Below are positions 12,818-26,320 of a stretch of 64,000 nucleotides of DNA, piece by piece (within the stretch, counting starts at the first letter, position 1; every line of letters begins with the position of its first letter). Below the pieces are notes generated by a model. That model was not told the origin of the DNA. It was given only the letters and a program-made list of their open reading frames with translations, and did not search any database. The stretch spans positions 3,534,001 to 3,598,000 of the forward strand of contig NC_043006.1 of the NCBI RefSeq assembly GCF_006345805.1. The letters are read 5' to 3'. The position numbers and the translations under genes are program-made. Origin of the DNA: Octopus sinensis. Taxonomy: Eukaryota.

Positions 12818-13317
12818 TTTAACAAAAATACTTCTGTATAAACGGTGAAAATATTGTCAATTTCCCCAAACAGGGACACAATTCAATTTTTAAACAATAA
12901 CCAAAGCTCCTTCTCCCAAAGCGGGAGGGTTACGGTTTACAATTATTTAACAAATGCAACACAACAACGCTTTCCTTACGAGGAACCAACAAACGTGATA
13001 ACAATAGTTAAACAGTAATAATAATAACAACAAACCTTACGGTGAATCAAAAAGCAATAGTCAGTAGAAGCTATAGTCCTTTATGGATAAGAAATAAACT
13101 AAAAGCAGTACTCAGTAGTAGCGTATGTTCGAGAAAACAGACGTTACTTATTTTGTTATTACCCATAAAGGCCTGACATAGAGGGGGACATTACAAACAT
13201 TGCGGACACAAAACATCACAAAAATACAGAAACGTATGAAAGATGAAAAATTGTGAAAATGAGAAATGAAAGCGATGTTAACGGCCTCATCCGATAACAT
13301 CACTTACCTGTCCTTCC

Positions 13318-14567
13318 TTATATCGGTATAAAAAACATGTAGTCCTCCAGTTTCATCCCATATATGTCTTCCAGTTCATATCTCTTATCCGGTTCAATTG
13401 TTTTCCTAATCAATTTATAACTTTTTAAAAGTTTTTCCTTGAGTTCTTTTTCTTGGTCCTCTGATATTACTACCTACATCAACCCCGCCAAATCCCAGCT
13501 GTCTTGTAATTCCACCTTTTCCCAGTCCCTCAATATTTCGCGTATTTCTTCCTTGTTTATTACACCTAATATAAGGGGACGAGAATTTTTAAAGTTATCC
13601 TGAGTGTCTGTGTTATCTTTTTTTGTTTTCTTGTTGGTAGGGAGCGGGTGGGTTCAGTGTCTGCAGGGAAAGGGTGGGCCACAAAGGGTGCGGGTGGTGA
13701 TGGGGTGGGTTGGGGTTCAGAACAGTTTGCCTTTTTTCTCCTTCTCTTCCTCCTTCTTCCCATGGATTCCCGTTCTGCTGGTAATTTGTAACAACGAGGA
13801 GCTCTGCCCTCCACCCATACTCTCATAATGATGTTTCCCATTGCTATATTCTCGGCCAGTTGTTCCAACACCTCCGATTCCGTACTGGTCCTCTCCATCC
13901 TCCCTCGTCCTTCACCGCGGCATGAAGAATGTCCACCTTATCTTCATTAGCACTGATGATGGCTGCCACAATCCACTCTCCGTCTATGTCTGGTAGTATT
14001 CTTTCCACCCTGATCCGGGTCGTCCTCCTTCCCAGATACGAGGGCAGAAGGATACCTTCTCCGACTTTATTGTTTTCGCCGCCATTCTCCTTGCCACTTT
14101 TTCGGTTTTAAATTGTACAACCACGGTGCCGAACCCAACGCCTCTTGCGAGAAATGCTACCTCCTCTTCTGTCATTCTCAGTGCTTCCTCTACCATTTCC
14201 ATGCCGACCAACTCTATTCTCCTTTTTTCGTTGGCGAATACTCTATACGTAATGGTCCTCTTCTCACACCAGTCTCTTCTTTTCCTTGGCGGCGACAATT
14301 CAACTTCACCGCCGACCTTCGTAACAAATTCTTGATAACCTGGCACTTAGCCAGGTCTATCTCTTCTTCCGTTGACTTCATCGCTCGCGCGTATGTTGTT
14401 TTCTCTCCGAGTGCTCTGCCCAATTTCCTCACTGCCTTTTCCAGTTCCTCCTCAGAGGTCGACAGGTCCGACTCACTGAGGCTTGTAAAAACATTTTTCG
14501 TTGCAATTTTCTCCCTTAGGGAGGGGCAAACCGTTTTTTCTTTGTCTGTCTCAATACAGACATACAA
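13318..14567 (-). pseudogene. ORF1/gag-like protein pseudogene A
   Basis: Frameshifted ..TYARAM..GVGFGTVVVQFKTEKVARRMAAKTIKSEKVS/LPSYLGRRTTRIRVERILPDIDGEWIVAAI..RVWVEGRAPRCYK..LGVINKEEIREILRDWEK. Colinear with ORF B. Confidence 0.7.
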
Positions 14568-15469
14568 AAATCAACAATATCGTTTAACAACATTTGATAA
14601 ACAATAACAGGCAAAGCAAGTACACACAGGTTAAAAAAAACGACTACAGCAAAACTTCATATAGATACTTAATGCTAGCTATTTAGCAGGTAATCTAATG
14701 TAAAAGCCGTGGTAAAGGGTGTGTGCACAGCACCATCTGGACTATTCCATTTCTGCACATTAATTTTATTTTTAATTTATTCCCATTCATGTGAAACCAC
14801 TTATTCAAGTTCAAGTCATTGATGCAATTTTATACCAATTGCTACTTTTACTTTTAATTGTTATGTTACGATTTAATTATTATATTATACTTTAGTTTGA
14901 TATTAATTATTACTTACTACATATAATTCAATTGTTATTATTATCTCTAATTTTTATTGTCAAAGTGAAAGTCTATGAGAGCTGTTTTTGTCTCATTTTA
15001 ACACGTAATACTGAAATAGTGGAGAAGATGTGATATTACTATGGGCTCGCCCTAGGCAAGAAGTTGAACTTTTTTGGTCCATGACACTGCATGGACCCTA
15101 AGTACGGCATGTGTAAAATTTGAATGAAATTGGTTATGTAGTTCTCAAGTTTTAGGGAAACACACAGACAGACAGACAGGCAAACATTCTCAGTTTTATA
15201 TATATAGATGATGTTGGATTGTGTTATTGTGTAGGGTTTAGTGAAGCGTGGAAGGAAATGTGTAAACAGGTTAGTCAAACTCAAGTGGTCCGAATTCAGG
15301 TCATGACACTCTTTGTAGAAATTTCGTTTTCGTAGTGCTCGAGGCTTCTCAAATGTATGTTTATAGATGAATCAGGTGGTCACTCAGCTCGCATGTAGAT
15401 GCATGACGTCATCTATACATCATAATGAACAAATACAATGATTCAGAATTCCCTATGTTTGTCCGTCTC

Positions 15470-15628
15470 TAGGCATGGCTGTGTAGTAAGAAGCTTGCTT
15501 CTCAACCACATGGTTCAAGGTTCAGTCCCACTGCGTGGCACCTTAGACAAGCGTTTTCTGCTATAGCCTCGAGCCAACCAAAGCCTTGTGAGTGGATTTG
15601 ATAGACGGAAACTGAAAGAAGCCCATCG

Positions 15629-15705
<77 letters not shown>

Positions 15706-15860
15706 TTGAGTGTCTGTGTTTGTCCCCCCCCACCGTCACTTGACAACCGATGTTGGTGTGTTTACGTCCCAGTAATTTAGCGGTTCGGCCAATCAGACCG
15801 ATGGAGTAAGTACAAGGCGTATGAAGAATAAGTCCTGAGATCTATTTGTTCGACTACATA
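15470..15860 (+). mobile_element. SINE family A
   Basis: ggcatggctgtgtagtaagaagc..ggttcagtcccactgcgtggcacc. Confidence 0.85.
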
Positions 15861-16554
15861 CATACATACACCACACACACACACACATACACACACACAC
15901 ACACACACATACACGCCTGCAACAGTGCATACGTTTATCTACAAGCACACAGATACACAAGTTTCCACCCGTTTCAACTTGTATGCAGTCATTTTTCAAT
16001 TTAAAAAAAAAAATAGCGAATTCTCGCACTCAATCTTACCTCCGCCATGAGCAAATACGGACGCCCATTTTCAGCATCCATGGAAATCCCACTTTTTACA
16101 TATGAAATCCATCATAACTAAAAGATAATGCATTTTTACTTTTATTTTTTATTTTTTAGAATCAATATATAACGGTGCAATAAAATAGCTCTGTCTCACA
16201 GACATTTTATTACCTGAAGAGCCTTCTAAGAGCGATACTAAGAGATGTAATTTAAGCATAGTATATGTAGCGATTATTACAAAGAAAACTATAAAAATCT
16301 AGACATCCTTGGGATATTTAGTGATCAAACTTTTCATAGTTATATTAGGTATGTGATGGTCATAAACATATACACATGCATCCATGTATATGGCGAAACT
16401 GAGAGAGAGATTGCGAAAGAACATAAAATAAAAAAAAGGAAAATCAGCATAAGATATAAAATAAGTACAATATATATATCGATATGCTATAAGGTACTAT
16501 AAAACTTACATAATCTGCTAACGAAAAAAACAAATCTCTTTCGCTAATAATATA

Positions 16555-16914
16555 TTAGGTTGTCTGGAAAGTCCGTGCCGATTTTTAAAGGAAAGGAAAA
16601 GGTCAATAAATACTTGCCATAACATTTTTAATCAACCAAGTATGAACCATTTTGTTGAACAATGCGTCTCCATCTTTCCTTTAACTTGAAAATACCCACT
16701 TCCCAGAATTGAGGTGGTTTCATGGCAGAGAATTCATCAAAGTATCTTTTTACGTCATCCAAGGAATTGAAATTTTTACCATTAAGACTATTCTGCAGGA
16801 ACCTGAATAAGTGGAAATCTGAAGGAGCAATATCTGGTGAATATGGAGGATGGGGTAACACATCCCAGCAAAGCTGCAGCAATTTTTGTCTGGTCCCCAA
16901 AGCATCAAGTGCCG
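16555..16914 (-). mobile_element. Mariner (DD34D) internal-deletion derivative, 3' part
   Basis: TIR ttaggttgtctggaaagtccgtgccgattt. WDVLPHPPYSPDIAPSDFHLF motif. Near-identical to 33908-34265. Confidence 0.85.
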
Positions 16915-17650
16915 GATGCTTTGAACGAAGCAATATTTACAAACCATTAATGTTCAATATTGCTGTCAGAAAATGTTTAATACACAGCGTTATTAGCCTT
17001 GAGAGATCTCATATACGCATAAAAGCACACACACAGGTCTGCAGACGAAAATCGTCTGTCATGCGTGCTGGAACTCTCATATCACGTGTTTCTTTTTTTT
17101 CTACTGGAAATCATCAGTAGGAGGTATCCGGTTGCAGCATCCTAGTCAAATCTCACAATTACGGTATATAGAATGAGAATGTTGACATCTTTTCAGACGC
17201 TGATAGCGGAAATAACCAACAAATACCACCCCACTCAACTCTAATAAACACAGTATTTTGTGTTCTAGCAAGACATCCAAGTTAATTTGGATATAAAGAT
17301 TATCTTTTGGTATTGATACTGATTCCGTCGCTAATAACTAATTAATTAATATACAAATTTTGTATCTTGCTTCTAATATTAGTGAGCTTGTAAGTAATGA
17401 GCTTGTAAAAATTTAAATGTGGTACTCAGGTACACAGTTTCTGACGAAGATTCCCAAAAAGGGAGAAACTTATGAAGAATATTCTGCCTTTCTCTGTCTG
17501 AGAACTTACGCAATATATGCTCGTCAGTGTGTGTCTGTGTGTGTTGGTATATGTATGTATGTATTATATATATGTATTATGGTGTATGTATGTATGTGTA
17601 TGTATGTATGTATGTATGTATGCATGTATGTATGCATGTATATATATATA

Positions 17651-17700
<50 letters not shown>

Positions 17701-17798
17701 GCGCGCGCATATATAGGATTGGTACAAATACCAAATAAGAAAAGTCAACACAGAAACCGCAGTGAACTTTCCTAAGCAGTGACCTTTTAGTATATATA

Positions 17799-17838
<40 letters not shown>

Positions 17839-18044
17839 TAAATGTTTCCTGGCTTTGGTAAAAGAAAGTTCAGAAGGAATAGTTAATTGTGATTTTATTC
17901 AACATATTCTCCTCTCTGATTCACTTGCTTATTGCATCGGTCCTTGAGTTTTTCTAAGCCATGTAAAAGAATTTTGTGCCTCTAACCAGGTTTTTGGCGA
18001 CAACCTTAAAGCCTGGAACTTCGCAGCACCCATTCGTATATGCA

Positions 18045-18145
<101 letters not shown>

Positions 18146-18213
18146 GTGTGTGGTGTATGTGTGTGTGTGTGTGTGCATGTGTGTTTGTGTGTATATAGGG
18201 GAAGGGGATGAAC

Positions 18214-18334
18214 CTCATTCGTAAATTTTGAATTCGGCGGTACTGGACGTTGAATATGATCTGTCTGAAACTGAGTTGGAGAGGTATATTCAATTCTTTC
18301 AGTGCTTTCGGATTCAATATTGTGAAGTTCCATG
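18214..18334 (-). other. Candidate host-gene exon (121 nt)
   Basis: Acceptor ttttgctcttcag, weak donor GAG|gttcat, two open frames. Confidence 0.25.
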
Positions 18335-18597
18335 CTGAAGAGCAAAATGTTTGGGTAAAGTATAAATTCTACATTCTTTATACTGATCTAATTCCGAAAC
18401 GCGTCCATGGGTAATGAAATATCGATTGATTTTCGTTATTTTTCCTCTCTCCCTGCGTGGGTTGTTTTCCAGTATTTTGTTTTTGTTCGGGAGTCGCTTT
18501 TTAAAGGAGAGGAAATAGCTAAGGTTCTTTGGCTGCTATTTCTAAACTTCGGTATGTGGTAAAGCAAATCTTTGTGAACCCTAATTATAAAATATGC

Positions 18598-18646
<49 letters not shown>

Positions 18647-19050
18647 CACATAGGCAGATAGATAAATATATAGATAGTTATACAAGTATATATATATATA
18701 TATACACACGAAGCTGTTGCTCCTTTTTATACCACTTCTTTAATCGTCATTGTCAAGGGTTTCGTAGGGCAGCACCCATTTTGATAGAGGCTTCATTCTT
18801 TCTTTTTTTTCTTTTTTGGCGCGTGGGGGGCGGAGATCTATTTCCATAAGTTCAGTATATCTATAGGGTTTTCGGTGTACGCAGCAATCTTGACGGTGGA
18901 ACAACGAATTGGTAGAGGCTACCCTGCATTCGTTCCAGCCTTATGCAGACGGCTGAGCTGGTATGTTAGAAGGAAATGCATCTCTCCTGCCTTTTAAATA
19001 TTTGGGTGAACGTGTGTATGTGCGCTGTCTATGTTTAAGTATCTGTGTGT

Positions 19051-19104
<54 letters not shown>

Positions 19105-19184
19105 GCCTATGTATCGTATGTCTCTCTGCTTGTACGAATTTGACTGTATGAATTTATAAATATGCTTATGTCTGTATGTGTGTG

Positions 19185-19248
<64 letters not shown>

Positions 19249-19934
19249 CGTGCACATATGCCTCTATAAATGTGTGTAGTTTATGTTTCAACGGTTGACG
19301 TCAGACTGCGATAAGGTAATGTAGTTGCTTGTACTTTCCGTAAAAGACTTGGCAACATGAATCAGCGGCGCCTTCACCACCACCACCACCGCCGCCACCA
19401 GCACCACCAATTTTACTACTACTACTACTATTACTGCTGCTGCCGCTGCCATCAGCTGCACTAACGCCACTATTACCATCACGATCACGACCATCGCCAT
19501 TAACACACACATACACACCATACCGCTTCACCTCCTGTTTTCGACTCCATCTTAGCTTCTAGATACACTTGGTCAGTCACGTAGGCAAAGCAGAACTGCT
19601 TGCTTAGCATATCTCTTCCAACTCAACGTTACGGACGCTGAAGCGTCATAACAACTTGTTGGTTGTTTTAAGGCAAATACACATGGACATTAACACGCAC
19701 GCAGAAACAAGCATACACACCCGTGCTCTTAATCACTCACATACACACATACATGTGCATACAAACAAACACGTGCGCATGGGTAATTATATACAGGCAT
19801 ACACACTTACATCACATACAAATACACCCATTCTTTCTTAAACAGATGTTGTAAATTTGGCACAGACATGCCCCTGATAGATATATACAAAAACACACAC
19901 ATATGTATATTGTATATATATGTGCATGTATGTT

Positions 19935-19978
<44 letters not shown>

Positions 19979-20203
19979 TATATATATACATATATATATG
20001 TATGTATGTATGTATATATATATATATGTATGTATGTATATATATATATATGTATGTATGTATATATATATATATATATATATATTGCATGAACATATGT
20101 GGCGTAATTGTATAAACCCACATATTTCGTCCATATATATGTTTGCATTTGAGTGCGCGATGTATACGTACGTGTCTCTTTGTTTATGCACAAATACACG
20201 CAA

Positions 20204-20236
<33 letters not shown>

Positions 20237-20989
20237 TTCTTATGTACATACAATTTTATCACTGAGCTCTGAAATTTCACTACTCGGTTTCGAGTTTTGG
20301 TAGGAAATTATTTTGAAAAAAATATCCATTTCCTTTTAAATATGAAAAGTCTTGAGAAACCATTAGAATCCACCCTCTCCCTGCCCTTTTGTTCTGAAGA
20401 ATTTAGTGAAGTCAACAGAGCCGTTTCTGCATCGGGTTGTTTCTCATAAGATATATAAAGCCATTTTGAAAACATCATAATTTTTAAGAAGTACTCCTGT
20501 CATTGAAATGACGAAGGAGCTTCCACGGAGCCGTTCGACCTGCTGGAAATTGCAGCTAAATCTTTCTCAAACTAAATTACATGGTGGGGTGGCGCTGAAA
20601 AGTTCCCAGCTTTAAGGGTGTCAGGAAAGGCTTGGTTGGAGCACCAACCTTCCGATTTTTTTTTCTTTACACGGTTTAGAAAAACTGAAGAATCGCTGCA
20701 ATAAGTGAGTCAATCTGAGAGGAGAATATGTTAAATGAAACCACAATTAACTGATCCCCTTGTATTTTCCTGATCATAGATCGGCTTCAGATTGATCTTG
20801 GGCTAAACAAACAACTTCATAGATATTTTGTGCAATCACGTTAATGGATTCCAATCACCTAAGTTCTATCGACTCCAGTACAAGATTGGAACTTATTTTA
20901 TTGAACTCGATGCAGCAAGAGTCAAAGTTGATTCCTACAAGATTTGAACCCAAAACGTAAGGTGCTGGATGAAAACACCCCAGTAAAGC

Positions 20990-21280
20990 ATTTTGTCCGA
21001 CGCTCTAATCATTTGGCCACTCCTGTCTTTGCATTCTATATATTTCTTTTCTTTAAACTCGCTCATTTCTGCGAAAAACATAAATCGACCCCGGGACTTA
21101 TTCTTTGTGAGCCCAGTACTTATTCTATCGGTCTCTTTTGCCGAACCGCTAAGTGACGGGGACGTAAACACACCAGCATCGGTTGTCAAGCAATGCTAGA
21201 GGGACAAACACAGACACAAACATATACATACACATACATACATATATATAAATATATACGACAGGCTTCTTTCAGTTTCT
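20990..21280 (-). mobile_element. SINE family A
   Basis: ccgaaccgctaagtgacggggacgtaaacacaccagcatcggttgtcaagc. Confidence 0.8.
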
Positions 21281-21559
21281 AGCCATATTTCGATTTAAAA
21301 TGTCGGTTTTAATGCACGAGTTTGAAACTCGGTTAACGTGTAGTTAGGGGCAGAACAGTACTATTAAGGGCTATTTCACAGGGCTATTTTATAGAGCTAG
21401 AACCGGTGGCAGTTAAGAAAGAACTTAACTGGATCTTGTCGGAATATTTTCAAATGAATGACTTCTTTTAACTTAATTCAAAGTTCGGCTTTTGGTGATA
21501 ATCTGGTTAATATATTGATTTCAAAGTCTAGGACAAGGCCAGAAATTTCGGGAAAGGGT

Positions 21560-21720
21560 GTAAGTTGATTATGTCGATCCCATTGTTTAACTGGTATTTT
21601 TGTTCATCGATGCTGAAAGATGAAAGGCAAAGTCCAACTCTGCGGAAATTGAACTCAGTACGTAGAGAAATGCTGTTAAGCATTTTGCTTGGTGCGGTAA
21701 CAACTCTGCTAGCTCATGGC
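21560..21720 (-). mobile_element. SINE family B
   Basis: gatgaaaggcaaagtccaactctgcggaaattgaactcag. Confidence 0.7.
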
Positions 21721-21999
21721 CTAAACTAGAAACTGCAACGGAAAGTGACGTATTATATTTGAGTAGTATAAATTTTGTTGTGTACCGAAGATAACAAGGA
21801 TTTTTGTGATGTAATATCTGTGAAACCAAGTGGAAGACAATATAATGTCATTTACATAGTATTTCCGCACACGTTTATTCATATTTGTGCTCTGTTTAGT
21901 ATCTTTGTTCATAATTACCACTTGGTACGGAAAAGAACAACTCGTCTACTAATAACAAGAAACAACCTGAGTAAAACTGGTATTCATGTCATCATTATA

Positions 22000-22135
22000 G
22001 GCGCAAGCATGGCTCTGCGGTAAGAGGTTTGCTTCGCAACCACTTAGTTCCGAAACCATGTTACTATAGCCCCGGGTCGATCAAAGACTTGTGAATGGAC
22101 ATCGTAGACAGGAACTGAAAGACGCCTGTCGCGTA
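22000..22135 (+). mobile_element. SINE family A, 5' part
   Basis: ggcgcaagcatggctctgcggtaagagg..gactgaaagacgcctgtcg. Confidence 0.7.
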
Positions 22136-22752
22136 TATATACACATATACACACACTCACGCATATTTATATATATATAATTAAAAGGGCAGGCAACAGG
22201 TTGCTCTGCCGCATACCGAAAGAATTAGAAATGGCAGTCAGAGACTGTTTATTTCCATTTTCTACAAGTGGAGGCTCCATATACGACATAACCCTGCGAT
22301 TCACATACGCAAATAAACGAAAACAATCTCTTACCGTTAATGGTGAACATGTTTCTAGATCGTAGGCGAGAAATTGCCTAAAGTCTTTCGTCAGCACCAT
22401 CTTCGTTAGATTTATCAAATGCCACCAGCCTCCACCTCTGATCAGGCGTCATCAGATAGTGGGGGGAAGTGTGCATAGGTTAAAACTAAGTAAACGACTG
22501 AGACCGTAAATTTTCCCTCCAAAGTTCTGCCATGCGCACCACTGGTATAATCGCAATGGAGTAAGAAATCCAATTGGTAATATAATAAAAGGGTAAGTAA
22601 TTTTTTCGATGGTTTTTTAGACAACCCTTTTATTATATTACCAATTACATACATACACACATACATACAAACATACACACACATACATACATACATACAC
22701 ACATACATACATACATACACACATACATACATACATACACACATACATACAT

Positions 22753-22832
<80 letters not shown>

Positions 22833-22837
<5 letters not shown>

Positions 22838-23207
22838 CAACATTAGATATGTACATATATAAACACTAACGTACTACATGAGTACCTATATCGCTAAAAA
22901 AATAGAAGTCAAAAATGTCTTCTGTACCACCGAATACTCACAAATATTTTACAGACACGATAGGAAAAATATCAGTGAACAATAATGTCTTACCTCTACT
23001 GGGTCAAAACAAGTAAATGCTTGTCAACCTGGTACCGGTTTCGAGGTAAGGCATTATCATTGTTCACTGATATTTTTTCCCTATCATGTCTGTCATAGAT
23101 TTGTGACTATTCGGTGGTATAGAAGTATTTTTTGACTTCTGTCATTAGCGATATAGGTACTCATGTAATACCTTTGTGTTTATATATGTACATATCTAAT
23201 ATTGTAT
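22833..23207. repeat. Foldback palindrome (~165-bp arms, 46-bp spacer)
   Basis: 22833-22996 is the reverse complement of 23043-23207, roughly 85% identical by eye. Confidence 0.9.
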
Positions 23208-23281
23208 GTATATATTTTATTAATTTGCCTGTACGGCTGATAATTCGCTTACCACTCGTGATGGTATTTTAATATCATCCC

Positions 23282-23315
<34 letters not shown>

Positions 23316-23463
23316 ACACACGCACACACACACGCACACACACACGCACACGCACACATACACAAACATATATATATATATATTTACTCACTTGGATGCG
23401 TGGTGTTCAATCAAATAATAGTTTAAATAATATATATATGCATATATATATATATATATGCAT

Positions 23464-23543
<80 letters not shown>

Positions 23544-23727
23544 ATGTGTGTATGTATATATATTATTTATATTTTTATTTGATTGAACGCCACGCATCCA
23601 TTTCCAAGTAAGTTTATCTTAATCTTTTTGATGTGGCTCTACTCTATACTGTTTTCTCCCCTTCACCGTTTTCTATCTCTCTCTCCCCTCTTTCTCTCTC
23701 TCTCTCCCCTCTTTCTCTCTCTCTCCC

Positions 23728-23758
<31 letters not shown>

Positions 23759-24252
23759 GTTACTCACACTTGACCATCGTCCATCTTCCTTTTCCTCACG
23801 TGACCTTCTTTCTTTTCCTTCGGGACTGTCCTAAGGTCTGGACATCTGCTATCTCTCTTCTTTCTTGTCTCTTTTCAAAGAAAATATTTCTCCCAGCGTT
23901 TGCTATTTTCCGCTCGTTCTGGTCTAACGATCCTCCATGTTTGTTTTCGTTCGGATTCTTTGTATGTCTCCACTGTCCTGTTTTTGTTCCCGACTTTGAA
24001 CCCTCCATAAATCCAAAATTTTATTTTGGTACGTATGGGAGCAACTGTCTTCGAAAACTCATATTGTCGCTCAGTGCTCGAAATGAGGAGTAGATAGACA
24101 GCCAACAACTGATGAAGGGTCGTTCTTTGTGTTACTTGTCCTGTTTCCCATTTGTTTCTCTCGTTTGTGTATATTGAACCCATTTGTTTTCGTATTTCAC
24201 ATTGTTTACTGTTGGTGACGTCCTGTACCCATATATGCATGTGTCTGTGTGC

Positions 24253-24766
<514 letters not shown>

Positions 24767-26141
24767 ATATGCATGAGTATGTGTCTTTGTGTCTTTGTGT
24801 CTGTGTTTGTCCGCCACTACGATTTCTCAACTGGTGTTGTTTGGTTTAAATCCTTGTATTTATACAGTATGACAAAATGGACCGGTGCGATAAGTATCAG
24901 ACCTTAAAAAACAAGTACTGGTGTGGTAGTGATCTGTTCGACTGAAATCCTTCAAGGCGGTGCCCTATCATAGCTGAAACAAGTAAACAACGAACATTTT
25001 CTTAGCCAAATTAGATTCTTAACGCGACATAAGCTATCCACAGCAATCTCCTAACACGTTCTCTTCTGTGCTTTTCCTTACATTTGTTTCAATGTCCCCC
25101 CTGTAATCCTCAGTTCTTTTTCGACTACCACTGTTAAGTAATCCTCTTGTGCCTTGTCTTCCTTTTTACCCTCAGAGTTTCAATGAAGGATTTACTTTAC
25201 CGAAAAAATTATTTAGTCCTTGCTCATCTGCACGTACGTCTACGGTATTTGTTGGCTGATAGGTTTTTGCTTGGCTTTGATCCTGAGATCTTTCTTGCTC
25301 AAAAAGGATCTCTAGTTTTAATGATGTTTTTGAGGCACCTGTGTGGAATGTTTGGTGGGTTCTGATGATATGTTTCTAAATTTTTCATGAATCATAAACA
25401 AAAAGGACCGATGCTACTATTGAAAATTTGATGCGTAATATGTCTTTAGAGACAGGTTGCTTTCCACCCAGGCTTTAAAAATAATATGCATTTAATTATT
25501 TAAATAGTTTAAATTATGGCGAGTGCGATACAAGAAAATCTGATATTATATAAAGCGTTTAAGTGAAGGAGGAAGAGAGTAAATATTTGACAAGAAATAT
25601 TCTATTAAATATTTAGCTGGATAACCTCTGATGTGGGACTTGATGAAGTAGTAAGGGAGAATATGGTAAGCAAGACTGAGTGTAGGAGTTATATATATTC
25701 AATATCATACGAGTTAAAATAAGAATATGATAAGAATAAATTAGAAGTATTTAAGCATAGTAATGGTTGATAAATTGATGGTATTTATATTGCTGTTGGA
25801 GGGTTCCTGTCAGATAATATGTCTCCGGATTTGTGATTAATGCTGCATGTTATGGTTAGATGAGGTATTGTATGAAAACTGCGGAGAAATGGTGTTATAC
25901 ATGAAAAGAAGCGTGTGGTGGGTGGTGCCCATTAATTTAGATAGGGGAATAATATGAGTGCTATTAAGATAACCAAATTAAAATCAGATGGTATTCGTTT
26001 AAGAACCTGCTTTACCATTAGGAGGAAGTACGGTATAGAAAATACTTTAGATTGATTTCTATTAGCAATTGGTTAAGAATTACAAATTGTGCTCATATGG
26101 TACGTCGAAGACAAACTGATTTAATATTAGATACATATAAG

Positions 26142-26320
26142 GTGGCGAGCTGGCAGAAACGTTAGCACGCTGGGCGAAATGCTTAGAGGTATTTCGTCTG
26201 TCTTTACATTCTGAGTTCAAATTCCGCCGGGGTCGATAAATTAAGTATCAGTTGCGTACTTAATCGACCGGTCCCCTCCCCAAAATTTTAGGGCCATGTG
26301 CCTAGAGTAGAAAAGAATAT
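26142..26320 (+). mobile_element. SINE family B
   Basis: ggtggcgagctggcagaaacgttagcacgc..gagttcaaattccgccg. Confidence 0.85.

Larger units (their letters stand above)
11601..15208 (-). mobile_element. Composite Helitron-like element carrying two ORF1/gag-like pseudogenes
   Basis: 5' end A|TCTATATATATAAAACTGAGAATG-(tgtc)n at 15208. A degenerate 3' end (gctcgggtatacagctgt) lies at 11601-11621. The junction architecture is shared with 37790-38630. Confidence 0.55.

Noticed and set aside
14113-14607. Plus-strand 164-aa ORF, and similar ones at 11699-12415 and 13604-14335
   Set aside because: Antisense shadows of the ORF1-like pseudogenes.
14663-14672. CTAG as the 3' end of the Helitron
   Set aside because: No preceding GC hairpin, and it is not followed by T.
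24100-24125. CTGATGA hammerhead core (also at 49510)
   Set aside because: No stem II followed by GAAA in a compatible arrangement; the 49510 site is part of an RTE-type 3' tail on the minus strand.
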